A program made the position numbers and the translations under genes. The notes below the pieces were generated by a model. It ran no database searches and was not told where the DNA came from. It was given only the letters and a program-made list of their open reading frames with translations. Of a stretch of 64,000 nt of DNA, positions 24,204 through 34,336 are shown one piece after another (the first letter of the stretch is position 1; each line of letters begins with the position of its first letter). The stretch comes from Spirochaetia bacterium (GTDB lineage: Bacteria; Spirochaetota; Spirochaetia; SZUA-6; Bin103), in contig OZ241863.1 of NCBI GenBank assembly GCA_965203055.1, positions 288,001-352,000 of the forward strand. Reading direction: 5' to 3'.

Positions 24204-24357
24204 ATGATGGCGGCGCATCCGCCACGGTCCTCTATGAATATCAAAGGGGCGGCACGCAAGTCAACCATCAACGCTCGGCTCGGCCAACTCGGCCAGGTGT
24301 TCGGGGAATACGCCCTCGGGGGGAGCACGCATGCCGGGTCACCGGATCGTAGCGCTG

Positions 24358-24663
24358 TCAGCTCCCCCTGGTTCCGTAGTAGAAGCCCGTGGCAGCCGAT
24401 ACGAGCGCCACGAGCGGGCCAAGGATTACGCCGAACTCCTTGATCTCGTCGACGGCGATGATTCTCGATACCACCATCCCTAGCAGTACCAATACCACGA
24501 ATGCCAACAACCCGATGAGCGCATACGCAATTCTCCGACGAGCTTGGTCTTCCCGCGGCCGCGGATCATATATCGCTCCACCCCGCGGGTCCGGAAAATC
24601 AGGTATCGGCTCCGGCGCCTGGTCCGCATCCGACTCGTCAGGAGGACTCTCTTGTTCGCTCAT
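24358..24663 (-). CDS. Small two-TM membrane protein with acidic N-terminus
   Basis: IAYALIGLLAFVVLVLLGMVV and ILGPLVALVSAATGFYYG. Confidence 0.7.
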   Translation of the reverse strand: MSEQESPPDESDADQAPEPIPDFPDPRGGAIYDPRPREDQARRRIAYALIGLLAFVVLVLLGMVVSRIIAVDEIKEFGVILGPLVALVSAATGFYYGTRGS

Positions 24664-24671
24664 GGCGGCGG

Positions 24672-24896
24672 CTATTCTCGGATCACTTCTCTGAGCGGCC
24701 TTCCCGGTGCGGCAAAGAAGAACTTCCGCCTCTTCCTTTGCTGATTCACGAAGAATCTCTCCAGGATGATCGAGCGCCGCAACAAGTCATTGAAGGAGAT
24801 CCCTTCGATGCGCGCCTGGGTCTCGAGAAACTCCTTTTCCTCCGCCTTCAGAAAGACGGTGACCCGTTGCACCGCGCTCTTCCCGGCTTCCGCCAT
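24672..24896 (-). CDS. Small CopG/ribbon-helix-helix-like protein
   Basis: RVTVFLKAEEKEFLETQARIEGISFNDLLRRSI; AAGGAG RBS. Confidence 0.62.
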   Translation of the reverse strand: MAEAGKSAVQRVTVFLKAEEKEFLETQARIEGISFNDLLRRSIILERFFVNQQRKRRKFFFAAPGRPLREVIRE

Positions 24897-25013
24897 GGCA
24901 CTCTCCTTGGTAGTCTATGCACCACCCCTTCCTTGGTGACGGCGGGCGGTGGTTCGTGCATCGCGCTTACGGTATCGCAGAGCCGGTGACGAGGCAAGGT
25001 CCGGCTTGGCGGA

Positions 25014-26536
25014 GGGCGCACTTCCAAAACGTAGGTAGCGTCAGGCGGCCTGTGGCTGGGCCTCCTGCGGCACCGAGGCGGACAGCAGGCTCGCGTAGTC
25101 CCTTTTGAACCGCCCGCTCTTCACCGAGGTGCAGAGCTGCAGCATCCCCTGCGCCCCTCCCAACGACCAGATCATCCCGCTCCCCTTCAGCCGCGCCCCC
25201 ACCATGTTCTTGCACGTACTCTCCACCGCCCCACTGCCGATCGGCAGCCCCTCCCGCCGGTACCGCCGGTAGTCCATCCGTCCCTGGTTGCTCTTCAAGT
25301 AGTTGATCTCCCCCTGCACCTCGTGCCGCTGCCGGGCACTCAACCCCCCGCCGTCGCGCAACTCCTCCAGCTCCTCTATCACTTCCCCCGCCCGACTGCC
25401 GCGCAGCATCGTCCGCCACCTCCGAAAGCATTCCTCTGCCTGCTTGCTCCTCTCCCCGTAGACGCTCCGACTCGCCTCCGCGAGATGCTCGCAGGCGTGC
25501 CAGAAATCCAGGATGTACCACACCCGCAGCCCCCCTGCCGCCCAGGTCTCCGCCCGATCCCAAATCCATCCCGCCCCGTCGGCCAGCACTACCAGTTGCC
25601 GCGCCGCCCCCTCGCCGCAGCGCCGTTTCAGCTCCACTTCGATGCGCGGGAAGAACTGGTCGGCATGCTCGCTCGCCGCCACGTAGCTCGGCTTGCTGCT
25701 GCACTGCGCCTCCTGCTCCTCAGCGTCCCACTCCACCGCCGCCACCACCGCCACCTTGGCGTCCCGGTACTCCCGCTCGTAGCGCTTCTTCCCGGCATCA
25801 TCTACCCGCTCCTTGCCGCGCACCGGCACCTTCCCCGCGTCGATGCATACCGCCACCGTCCCGCCAATCGGCTCGTGCAGCTCCGGCCCCGCCGCAGTCT
25901 GCTGGTAGTTGTCCACCTCCTGCTGGCGCTGCCGTTCCAACCCCTCCGTTACCTCCTGCACCATCGTGAACGCCTTCTTCTCCGACACCAGCTCCCCGCC
26001 GTCGGCGCGGAACACCTCGTGAAACTGCCGCAGACTCTCTGCGTGCGCCTGGCGCGCTACGAACTGACTCAGAAAGTACTGGCAGCCCGGCGTATGGCCG
26101 CGCTTGATGCCGAGCCGCTCATCCAACGGCGCCCAGCCCTGGCCGCTACCGCTGGCGTAGTAGGCCCGTTCGTAGGGTACCGTCCCGAACAGTCCGTGCA
26201 GGGTCTTGGAGCGGTGGCCGACAAACCGATACGACACCCCGTTGCGCTGGACCGTGGCGCCGCGGTAATCGCGGCCCAGTTCCTTGAACCACTCCACCAT
26301 GGCGGCGCGGCACAGGCGCACCAAGCACTTGAGGAGACTCAGTTCTGCCCGCAACAGGTCGTGGGGACCGCTAGCGCGGCCCAGTTCGAGACCACAGGTG
26401 GCCTTGCAGTAGTTGAGAATCTCGGTTACCAATGAATCACACATATGTTGCCCTCCCAGTGACGGCCTGATGTTACATCACCTGTCGCTGGGAGGGCTTC
26501 TCTATTTGGGCCTACCTACAAATTGGAAGTGCGCCC
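25014..26536 (-). mobile_element. Complete ISKra4-like insertion sequence
   Basis: IRs GGGCGCACTTCCAAAACGTAGGTAG and GGGCGCACTTCCAATTTGTAGGTAG; duplication TTGGCGGA at 25006-25013 and 26537-26544 (ends ambiguous by 1 nt). Confidence 0.9.
25041..26444 (-). CDS. ISKra4/UPF0236-type transposase
   Basis: LADGAGWIW, LDFWHACEHL, PIGSGAVESTCK, RLKGSGMIWS. Confidence 0.92.
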   Translation of the reverse strand: MCDSLVTEILNYCKATCGLELGRASGPHDLLRAELSLLKCLVRLCRAAMVEWFKELGRDYRGATVQRNGVSYRFVGHRSKTLHGLFGTVPYERAYYASGSGQGWAPLDERLGIKRGHTPGCQYFLSQFVARQAHAESLRQFHEVFRADGGELVSEKKAFTMVQEVTEGLERQRQQEVDNYQQTAAGPELHEPIGGTVAVCIDAGKVPVRGKERVDDAGKKRYEREYRDAKVAVVAAVEWDAEEQEAQCSSKPSYVAASEHADQFFPRIEVELKRRCGEGAARQLVVLADGAGWIWDRAETWAAGGLRVWYILDFWHACEHLAEASRSVYGERSKQAEECFRRWRTMLRGSRAGEVIEELEELRDGGGLSARQRHEVQGEINYLKSNQGRMDYRRYRREGLPIGSGAVESTCKNMVGARLKGSGMIWSLGGAQGMLQLCTSVKSGRFKRDYASLLSASVPQEAQPQAA

Positions 26537-26787
26537 TTGGCGGAGGTGGCGGCGGTTGCGGAGGCGGGCGCATCCTCGCGGTCAGGGATCGGCAGGCAGC
26601 CGGCCGCGGCGCCGCGGCGCACGGGTGCGGGCCGCTCGCCGGGACCGATTTGCAGCCCCGCCGGCGCGGCGCGGGACACGCGCTTGACCGGCGCGCGCAG
26701 AAGGCTTGTCATTGCAGGATCAGCCGCCCGGTATGGCACGCGGCACCGGGGTGCGCGGCGGCGGTCGGCAATCACAGGAGGACGAGA

Positions 26788-28707
26788 ATGCGACGAACAG
26801 CATTGACCTCGATCCTGGCGCTGCTCCTGCTGCCGGTCCTGGCAAGCGTCGGCTTTGCCGGCGCGGCCGGCGAGGAGTCGTCGTCAGCGGCGGCCGCCAC
26901 CGCGGCCGCGGACATGAGCGGGTACGCGGAGGCGCCGATGCTCGCCGCCCTGGTGGCGAGCGGCGCGCTGCCGCCGGTCGAGGAGCGGCTGCCGGACGAG
27001 CCCCTGGTGCAGGAAGTAGTGGACCGCATCGGCACCTACGGCGGCACCTTTCGCGGCTTTCAGCTCGGCGACGCCGACAAGTGGGTACTCTACAAGACCG
27101 GCCTGTACGGCGGCCTGCTGTCGCGCAGCTACCGCGACCTGGGCACCATCACCGCCAACGGCCTGGAAGGATGGGGCGAGGGCATCGCCAAGTCCTGGGA
27201 GTGGGACGACGACGCGGCCGGCATCACGGTGGTGCTGCGCGCCGGGGTCAAGTGGTCGGACGGCGCGCCGCTGACGGTCGACGACATCATGTTCATGTGG
27301 CACGACGTGCAGATGAACGAGGGCTTCCAGCCCACCGTTCCGAGCCGCTACACGGTGAACGGCGAGCCGATGGAGGTGATCAAGATCGACGACCACACGA
27401 TCCGCTTCGAGTTCGCCGGCCCCAATCCGTGGTTCCTCAACGTGCTTTACGGCGCCACGCGCTCCGAGTACGGCCAACTGCTGGCGCCGGCGCACTACTT
27501 CAAGCAGTTCCACCCCGACTTCACCGACGGCAGGACCTGGGAGGACTTCCAGCAGGAATACGGCCCGGTCAACGTCAACATCCCCACCCACACCGCCTAC
27601 CGGCTGACCAAGTACAACCCGGCCGAAGAAGCGGTCATGGAGCGCAACCCCTACTACTGGAAGGTGGACCCGGCGGGCAACCAGTTGCCCTACATCGACC
27701 GCATGCGGTTCCAGATGCTGGCCGACCAGGAAGCCGCCATCCTCAAGGGCATCGCCGGCGAAGTGGACCTGGCGGAGCGCAACTTCCAGGTGCTGGAAAA
27801 CCTGCCGATGCTCAAGGCGAGCGAGGCCGACGGCAACTATGAGGTGCGCGTCGGCATTGGCGACAACTTCACCACCGGCAACGAGGTGTGGTTCAACTAC
27901 GACCTGCAGGACGAGGACTACGCCGAGCTGCGCGAGCTGCTGCGCACGCCGGCGTTCCGCAACGCCCTGAGCGCGGCCCTGAACCGCGAGGCGATCAACG
28001 ACCTGCTGTTCCTTGGGCTGGCGAAGGAGGCGAACCTCGGCCTGAGCACCGCTTCCCCCTACTGGGACGGCGAGATGGCCACGATCGCCCAGATCAACGC
28101 CGAATACGACCCCGCCAAGGCGCGCCGCCTGCTGGACGAGCTGGGGCTGAAGGACCTGAACGGCGACGGCATGCTGCAGTACCCGGACGGCCGCAACGTC
28201 ACCTTCCTGCTGGGGGCGGCGTCGGAGATCAACGCGCACGTCAACTTCGCCGAGATGGTGGTCGCCGACTGGAAGGCGGTGGGCATCGACGCGCGGCTGC
28301 ACCTGCAGACCCGCAGCCTGATGTTCAGCGGCATCCGGGCGCTCCAGTTCCACGCCGTGACGTTCGGCACCACCGACCTGCTGTTCCCGCAGTTCCGCCT
28401 CAACGAGGGTCCGATCATGCCCGGCTACCAGAGCCCGAGCTTCGTGCAGGACCCGCCGCCGGACCTGCAGCGCATCTGGGACCTCACCGACGAGATCATC
28501 ACCACGGTGGACGCCGGCACGGTGCTCGAGCTGATGAAGGAGCATCAGCGCCTGCGCGCCGAAAACAACCTCGGCATCTGGGGCGCGCACGACGTGCCGC
28601 TCATGGTGATCGTGCACAACCGGCTGCAGAACGTGCCGGAGGATATCGTCATCGACAACGCCGACCACATCCCGCTGCTGCCGGATCAGTGGTTCATCCA
28701 GGAGTAA
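26788..28707 (+). CDS. ABC transporter substrate-binding protein, family 5
   Basis: Signal peptide, EAPML...LPPVEERLP, KWSDGAPLT, RNPYYWKVD..GNQLPYID; AGGAGG RBS. Confidence 0.93.
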   Translation: MRRTALTSILALLLLPVLASVGFAGAAGEESSSAAAATAAADMSGYAEAPMLAALVASGALPPVEERLPDEPLVQEVVDRIGTYGGTFRGFQLGDADKWVLYKTGLYGGLLSRSYRDLGTITANGLEGWGEGIAKSWEWDDDAAGITVVLRAGVKWSDGAPLTVDDIMFMWHDVQMNEGFQPTVPSRYTVNGEPMEVIKIDDHTIRFEFAGPNPWFLNVLYGATRSEYGQLLAPAHYFKQFHPDFTDGRTWEDFQQEYGPVNVNIPTHTAYRLTKYNPAEEAVMERNPYYWKVDPAGNQLPYIDRMRFQMLADQEAAILKGIAGEVDLAERNFQVLENLPMLKASEADGNYEVRVGIGDNFTTGNEVWFNYDLQDEDYAELRELLRTPAFRNALSAALNREAINDLLFLGLAKEANLGLSTASPYWDGEMATIAQINAEYDPAKARRLLDELGLKDLNGDGMLQYPDGRNVTFLLGAASEINAHVNFAEMVVADWKAVGIDARLHLQTRSLMFSGIRALQFHAVTFGTTDLLFPQFRLNEGPIMPGYQSPSFVQDPPPDLQRIWDLTDEIITTVDAGTVLELMKEHQRLRAENNLGIWGAHDVPLMVIVHNRLQNVPEDIVIDNADHIPLLPDQWFIQE

Positions 28708-28729
28708 TCCGGGACTAGCCGCACTCTGA

Positions 28730-28775
28730 CGGGCCGGCGGGCGCGCCGCAACCAAAGCGCGCCCCCGCCGGCCCG
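28730..28775 (+). terminator. GC-rich stem-loop after the SBP gene (stabiliser or attenuator)
   Basis: CGGGCCGGCGGG pairs with CCCGCCGGCCCG; no U-tract. Confidence 0.45.
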
Positions 28776-28797
28776 CCGCGGCCCCAAGCCAGCGCGC

Positions 28798-29793
28798 ATG
28801 ACGGCATACTTGATCCGCCGGGTGATCAACTTCATCCCCACGTTCGTGTTGATGAGCTTCGTGGTGTTTCTGATCCTCGAGATCGCCCCGGGAGATCCCC
28901 TTACCCGCTACGAACAGGCGCTGATGGTCACCTACAACTACTCGCTGGAGGCGGCCGAGGCGCGCACCGATCAACTGCGCTCGCTGTACGGGCTGGACCG
29001 CGGCTTCGTGTTGCGCTTCGTCACCTGGCTGCTGAACTTCCTGCGCGGGGAGTTCGGCGTGTCGTTCAACAACTTCCGCCCGGTATCCGATCTGATCGGG
29101 CCGCGGCTGCTCTACTCGATCGTCATTTCTTCCTCCGCGCTGCTGTTCATGTATCTCGTGGGCGTGCCGCTCGGGCTGTGGACCGCCTACCGCCAGTACG
29201 GCGTTTCCGACTACGCGGTCAGCGTGGCGGCCTTCATCGGCCTGTCGATTCCCAACTTCTTCCTGGCGCTGCTGGTGCTGGTGGGATTGCTGTTCTTCTT
29301 CGACATTGCGCCGCCGCAGGGGCTGTTCTCACCCGAATACGTGGATGCGCCGTGGAGCCTCGGCAAGCTGCTGGACGCGGCGCGCGGGCTGGTGCTGCCG
29401 GTGCTGGTGATCGGCACCGAGGGGCTGGCCAAGATCGTGCGCATTACCCGCGCCAACATGCTCGACGGGCTGCAGGACGAGTACGTGCGCACGGCGCGGG
29501 CCAAGGGGCTGGCGGAACCGGCGGTGGTGCTCAAACACGCCTTCCGGGTGGCGGTGAACCCGCTCATCAGCCTGTTCGGGATGCAGTTTCCGCTGATCCT
29601 GTCGGGCGAGGTGGTGGGCTCCATCGTGCTCGGGCTGCCTACCCTGGGGCCGCTGCTGCTGGAATCGCTGCGCAGCCTGGACCTGTACGTCAGCACCACC
29701 ATTCTGATGGTGCTCGGCCTGCTGCTGCTGTTCGGCAACCTGCTGGCGGACGTGCTGCTGGCGCTGGCCGACCCGCGCATCAGGTTCGACTGA
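28798..29793 (+). CDS. ABC permease (OppB-like)
   Basis: YVRTARAKGL, ADPRIRFD, TM helices. Confidence 0.93.
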   Translation: MTAYLIRRVINFIPTFVLMSFVVFLILEIAPGDPLTRYEQALMVTYNYSLEAAEARTDQLRSLYGLDRGFVLRFVTWLLNFLRGEFGVSFNNFRPVSDLIGPRLLYSIVISSSALLFMYLVGVPLGLWTAYRQYGVSDYAVSVAAFIGLSIPNFFLALLVLVGLLFFFDIAPPQGLFSPEYVDAPWSLGKLLDAARGLVLPVLVIGTEGLAKIVRITRANMLDGLQDEYVRTARAKGLAEPAVVLKHAFRVAVNPLISLFGMQFPLILSGEVVGSIVLGLPTLGPLLLESLRSLDLYVSTTILMVLGLLLLFGNLLADVLLALADPRIRFD

Positions 29794-30926
29794 TGGAGCC
29801 GGCGGTGGACCCGAACGCCGTAACGGAAGCGGGGGCGGCAACGGCCGCGGAAGCGCCGGAGTCGCCGGCGCGCGAAACCTGGCGCCGCTTCATCCGCCAC
29901 CGCCTGGGCGTGGCCGCGCTGGGCGTGGTGCTGTTCCTGTTCGCGGTTTCGTTTCTGGGCCGCTTCCTGGTGGCCGCGGATCCCTTCGTGCAGCACCGCG
30001 ACGCTCCCTACTGGCCGCCGCAGCGGGTCCGCGTCATCGACGCCGAGGGCCGGCTGACGCGGCCGTTCGTGTACGGCTTCGACCGGCGGCTGAACCCGGA
30101 GACCTTTCAGTGGGAGTACGCCGTCGATCGGGCGCAGGTGACCACGCTGGCGTTGTTCGCGCGCGGGCCGGTCTACCGCGTGCTGGGGCTGGTCGACTGG
30201 GACGTGCATCTGATCGGCACGGTGGACGGCTCGCCGGTGTTCTTTCTGGGCAGCGACCGCTTCGGCCGCGACCTGCTGGCGCGGCTGCTGTGGGGCGGCA
30301 TGGTGTCGCTGTCGGTGCCGGTGCTGGCGGTGGCGATCACGGTGCTGCTGGGGACGCTGATCGGCGCCGTGTCCGGCTACTTCGGCGGCTGGGTGGACAA
30401 CCTGATCCAGCGCCTCATCGAGGTGTTGGCGTCGTTTCCGCGGCTGCCGCTGTGGATGGCGCTGGCGGCGGTGATTCCCCCGGAGTTCCAGGGGGTGGCG
30501 TTGTACGCCGGCATGGCGGTGATCCTGGCGCTGATCGGCTGGGGGCGGCTGGCGCGTCAGGTGCGCGGCAAGGTGCTGCAACTGCGGCAGATGGAGTACG
30601 TGGTGGGGGCGCGGGCGCTGGGCGCTTCGGCGGGGCGGGTCATCACCCGCTACGTGATTCCCAACGCCTCCAGCCACATCATCGTGATGGCGACCCTCTA
30701 CGTGCCCGAGTATCTGCTGGTGGAGAGCAGCCTGAGCTTTCTCGGCATCGGTCTGACGCCGCCGTTGACCAGTTGGGGCGTGCTGCTCAGCGACGCCCAG
30801 AAGGTCCGCGTGGTGCTGCAGTATCCGTGGCTGCTGCTGCCGGGGCTGTTCATCTGCGTGGCCATGCTGGCCTTCAACTTCGTCGGCGACGCGGTGCGCG
30901 ACGCCTTCGAAACCCGCCGCCTGTAG
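29793..30926 (+). CDS. ABC permease (OppC-like)
   Basis: LGSDRFGRD, EYVVGARALGAS, LSFLGIG, FNFVGDAVRD. Confidence 0.92.
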   Translation: MEPAVDPNAVTEAGAATAAEAPESPARETWRRFIRHRLGVAALGVVLFLFAVSFLGRFLVAADPFVQHRDAPYWPPQRVRVIDAEGRLTRPFVYGFDRRLNPETFQWEYAVDRAQVTTLALFARGPVYRVLGLVDWDVHLIGTVDGSPVFFLGSDRFGRDLLARLLWGGMVSLSVPVLAVAITVLLGTLIGAVSGYFGGWVDNLIQRLIEVLASFPRLPLWMALAAVIPPEFQGVALYAGMAVILALIGWGRLARQVRGKVLQLRQMEYVVGARALGASAGRVITRYVIPNASSHIIVMATLYVPEYLLVESSLSFLGIGLTPPLTSWGVLLSDAQKVRVVLQYPWLLLPGLFICVAMLAFNFVGDAVRDAFETRRL

Positions 30927-30965
30927 GCGCGCCGGCCGGCCGCCCCGCGCCGGCGGCGGCTCACT

Positions 30966-31853
30966 CTACTTGATCGACACGTTGTCCAGTCCGCCCTCGC
31001 CCATGCGGCGGAAGTAGCGCTGGAAGGTGAGGAACAGGAGGATCGGGGCGATGATGAAGATCACCGACACCGCCATCATCAGATGATGCTCCGGGGCCTG
31101 CTCCGACGCTTCGCTGAGCAGCGCCAGGCCGACGCTCACGGTGCGCATGTCCTTGCTGTTGATGAACAGCACCGGCCGGATCAGGTCCTCCCAGTTGGCC
31201 AGGAAGATGTAGATGCCCACCGTGGTGAGCGCCGGGCGCGACAGCGGCAGCAGCAGGTGCCAGTAGATCTGGAAGAAGTTGCAGGCGTCGATCTTGGCCG
31301 AGTCGTCCAGTTCGCGCGGGATGGTCATGTAGTACTGGCGCATCAGAAACACGAAGAAGCCGGGCACGGCGAGAAAGAACGGCACCGTGAGCACGGCGTA
31401 GGTGTCGATCCAGCCGAGCCAGCGGAACAGCACGAAGCTGGGGATCATGTACGCCGCGAACGGCAGCATCATGGTGCCGAGCACCACGGCGAAGATCAGG
31501 TTGCGGCCGGGAAACTCCAGCCGCGCCAGGGCAAACGCCGTCCACGACGCCACGATGCCGCCGGCGATGACGTTGATGCCGGTCACCAGGATGGTGTTGA
31601 AGAAGTAGCGCCCGAACTGGAAGGTGGTGAGCCCCACCAAGTAGTTCTGCCACTGCGCCTCGCGCGGCAGCCAGGCGAAGTTGTACACCTCGTTCTGGGT
31701 CTTGAGGCTGGCCGAAACCATCCAGAACAGCGGCACCAGCACCGCCGCCACGATGCCGATCACCACCAGGTAGGTGGCGACCTGCCCCGCCGCGTGGCGC
31801 GCCCGGGCCGCCGACAGCGTGGCCGGATGATGGCGGGCCGGGGCGCCGGCCAT
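30966..31853 (-). CDS. Carbohydrate ABC permease
   Basis: FARLEFPGRN-like segment, TIPRELDDSAKID. Confidence 0.9.
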   Translation of the reverse strand: MAGAPARHHPATLSAARARHAAGQVATYLVVIGIVAAVLVPLFWMVSASLKTQNEVYNFAWLPREAQWQNYLVGLTTFQFGRYFFNTILVTGINVIAGGIVASWTAFALARLEFPGRNLIFAVVLGTMMLPFAAYMIPSFVLFRWLGWIDTYAVLTVPFFLAVPGFFVFLMRQYYMTIPRELDDSAKIDACNFFQIYWHLLLPLSRPALTTVGIYIFLANWEDLIRPVLFINSKDMRTVSVGLALLSEASEQAPEHHLMMAVSVIFIIAPILLFLTFQRYFRRMGEGGLDNVSIK

Positions 31854-32740
31854 CAGCCGGCCGCCCCGCGGTAGAACACCCATGAGCGCGAGCTGCGCAG
31901 CAGCAGGAAGGTCATCAGCGCGATCAGGAAGAACAGCACCACGGTCAGCGCCGAGGCGTAGCCGAACTCGAAGTACTCGAAGGCGGTGCGGTAGACGTTG
32001 AACACGAAGAACAGGGTCGCCTTGTTGGGGCCGCCCTGGGTCATCACGAACACCGGCGCGAAGTACTGGAAGTTGCCGATTACTCCCACGATCAGGTTGA
32101 ACAGGATGATCGGCGTCAGCAGCGGCAGGGTGATGCGGCGAAAGCGGCGCCAGGCGCCGGCGCCGTCGATCGACGCCGCCTCCAGCAGCTCCTTGGGAAT
32201 CGCCTCCAGGCCGATGATGTACAGGATCATCGCCGCGCCCGACTGCCACAGGAACATCAGGCCCAGCCCCGGCAGCGCCCACTGCGGGGAGAACAGCCAG
32301 CCCGGCCCGGCAATGCCGAACAGTTCCAGGAAGCGGTTGAGCAGCCCCACCTCCGGGTTGAGCACGCGCGCGAACAGAATCGCCAGCGCCACCCCCGGAA
32401 TCACCGCCGGCACGTAGATGATGGTGGAGAACAGATTCTGGGCGGTGCGGATGCGGTTCACCAGCAGCGCCAGCGCCAGCGCCACCACCACCCGCGACGG
32501 CAGCGCGGTGAACACGAAGCTGGAAGTGACGCGCAGCGACTGCCAGAAGTCGAAGTCCCCGAACGCGCGCGCGTAGTTGCCCAACCCGCGCCAGCGCAGC
32601 GCCGAGATGCCGTTCCACTCGTACAGCGACAGCAGGAACGCGCCGATCATCGGCCCCGCCAGGAAGACCAGAAACCCGATCAACCACGGGGCCGTGAACA
32701 CGTAGGCGGAGATGATCTCCTGTCGCTTGATCGGGGTCAC
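31853..32740 (-). CDS. Carbohydrate ABC permease
   Basis: ELLEAASIDGAGAWRRFRRITLPLLTP, MTQGGP. Confidence 0.93.
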   Translation of the reverse strand: MTPIKRQEIISAYVFTAPWLIGFLVFLAGPMIGAFLLSLYEWNGISALRWRGLGNYARAFGDFDFWQSLRVTSSFVFTALPSRVVVALALALLVNRIRTAQNLFSTIIYVPAVIPGVALAILFARVLNPEVGLLNRFLELFGIAGPGWLFSPQWALPGLGLMFLWQSGAAMILYIIGLEAIPKELLEAASIDGAGAWRRFRRITLPLLTPIILFNLIVGVIGNFQYFAPVFVMTQGGPNKATLFFVFNVYRTAFEYFEFGYASALTVVLFFLIALMTFLLLRSSRSWVFYRGAAG

Positions 32741-32815
32741 GCCGCCGGTCCGCCGCGGCGCGCGCGCCGTTGCCGTTGCGCCGGCCGCCCGCGCCGCTCC
32801 TGGGACTTCCTGAAC

Positions 32816-34123
32816 CTAAAACCCTTCGTCGAGGAGCTCCTGCACCTGCTCCTTGATCGCCAGCATCGCCTCCTCGGGCGTGGCCTCGTTCTGCCACAGC
32901 AGGGCGAGCTGGTCGTTGATCAACGTGTTGACGCGCCCCAGGTTGGGCACGATCGGGTCGGTCACCACCGCCTGCTTGAGGGCGTCCACGCGGATCCAGT
33001 TGTTGGCCGGCGCGCCCTCCGGCCCCTCGCGGAACTCGTCGGTGTTGGCGACGTGCTGCAGCGGCGGGTTGTTGAAGCCGGAGGAGATGCTGAAGAAGCC
33101 TTGCCCCACCGGACCGTTGATCAGGTTGATCAACTCCCAGCCATGCTCCTGGTGTTGGCTGGAGGCCATCACCGCCAGCCGTCCGCCATACAGCGGCGCC
33201 CAGCTCCCGGCGGGGCCGTGCGGCAGAAACTGAATGTCCCAGGGATCGGCCATGTCGTAGATGGTGGGCATCTCGAAGGTGTGCAGCATGTACATCGCCG
33301 CCGAGCCGTTCTCGAACATGCCGACCTGGCCGCCGAACGCCTCCTGCTCGGCCGGCGTCGGATGGGCGTGGTGCACGTAGATCAGGTCGTGCATGAACTG
33401 CAGGGCGGCCAGCGTCTCCGGGGAGTCGCCGGTGAAGGTCATGGTGTTGGCGTCGATGAACGCCCCGCCCCAGGCCGCCGGCATGCTGCCGGTAATGCCG
33501 AAGCGGCCGCGGTTGAGGCCGTTGGCGCCCCACTGATTCTCCGGTTCGGAGAGCTTCTTGGCGGCCTCCAGGAAGTCGCCCTCCCAGGTCCAGTCGGCGC
33601 TGGGATAGGCCACGCCGGCTTCGTCGAACAGCCGCTGGTTGTAGGCCAGGATGGTGGTGCCGGTTCCCAGCGGCGCCTGGTAGAGCGCCTCGCCGCGGTT
33701 GTAGAAGCCGTCCGACGACAGCAGGCTGAACCAGCCGGGGTAGAGGCCGCGCTGCTCGTCGAAGTACCCCAGGTCGTTCATCTTGTCGGTCAGCTCCACC
33801 AGCATGCCGTCCAGCTCCAGGGTGAGCCCGCCGTTGATGTTGATCACGTCCGGCGGGGTGCCGCCGGCGATCATGGCCAGCAGCTTGTTGGTGTATTCGC
33901 CGCCCGGAATGTTGATCAGTTCGATGACCACGTTGGGGTTCTTCTCGGTGTAGGCGTCAGCGGAGTTCTGGAAGGCATCCGCCTTGACTGCCCCCCCCCA
34001 AAAGGTGACGACCAGCTTGACCGGCTCGTCGCTCGCTACGGCGCCTTCATCGGAGCCGGCGGCGGCCAGCGGCAGCGCCGCCAGCAGGCCGGCGACGACG
34101 GTCAGTAGCAGTTTTCGGTGCAT
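32816..34123 (-). CDS. Sugar ABC substrate-binding protein, family 1
   Basis: Signal peptide from ATG 34123 with GAGGAG RBS; GGTPPDV, LAYNQRLFDEAGV.YP..DWTW. Confidence 0.9.
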   Translation of the reverse strand: MHRKLLLTVVAGLLAALPLAAAGSDEGAVASDEPVKLVVTFWGGAVKADAFQNSADAYTEKNPNVVIELINIPGGEYTNKLLAMIAGGTPPDVININGGLTLELDGMLVELTDKMNDLGYFDEQRGLYPGWFSLLSSDGFYNRGEALYQAPLGTGTTILAYNQRLFDEAGVAYPSADWTWEGDFLEAAKKLSEPENQWGANGLNRGRFGITGSMPAAWGGAFIDANTMTFTGDSPETLAALQFMHDLIYVHHAHPTPAEQEAFGGQVGMFENGSAAMYMLHTFEMPTIYDMADPWDIQFLPHGPAGSWAPLYGGRLAVMASSQHQEHGWELINLINGPVGQGFFSISSGFNNPPLQHVANTDEFREGPEGAPANNWIRVDALKQAVVTDPIVPNLGRVNTLINDQLALLWQNEATPEEAMLAIKEQVQELLDEGF

Positions 34124-34336
34124 AGTTGCTCTCCTCATCCCTTGATCTTCTTTCTTGTCGCGTCCCGTGCAGCCCGCGCCGCAGGCTGACGGGACCTTGC
34201 GATCGGCGGCAGGTTAGCATGCGGCGCGTCCGGTGGGGAAGGCGAGGCAAGCGGCTTGCTTGCGCCGGGCGGGCCGAGGTGGGATAGTGGCGCCGCCGGC
34301 GGCGCGGGCGCCCGCGCCTGCCGATTCGAGGTGTCA

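Noticed and set aside
24131..24330. tRNA-Asn as an attachment site for an island
   Set aside because: No co-oriented duplicate of the tRNA 3' end and no integrase were found; GGGGGGAGC near 24318 is short and in the opposite orientation.
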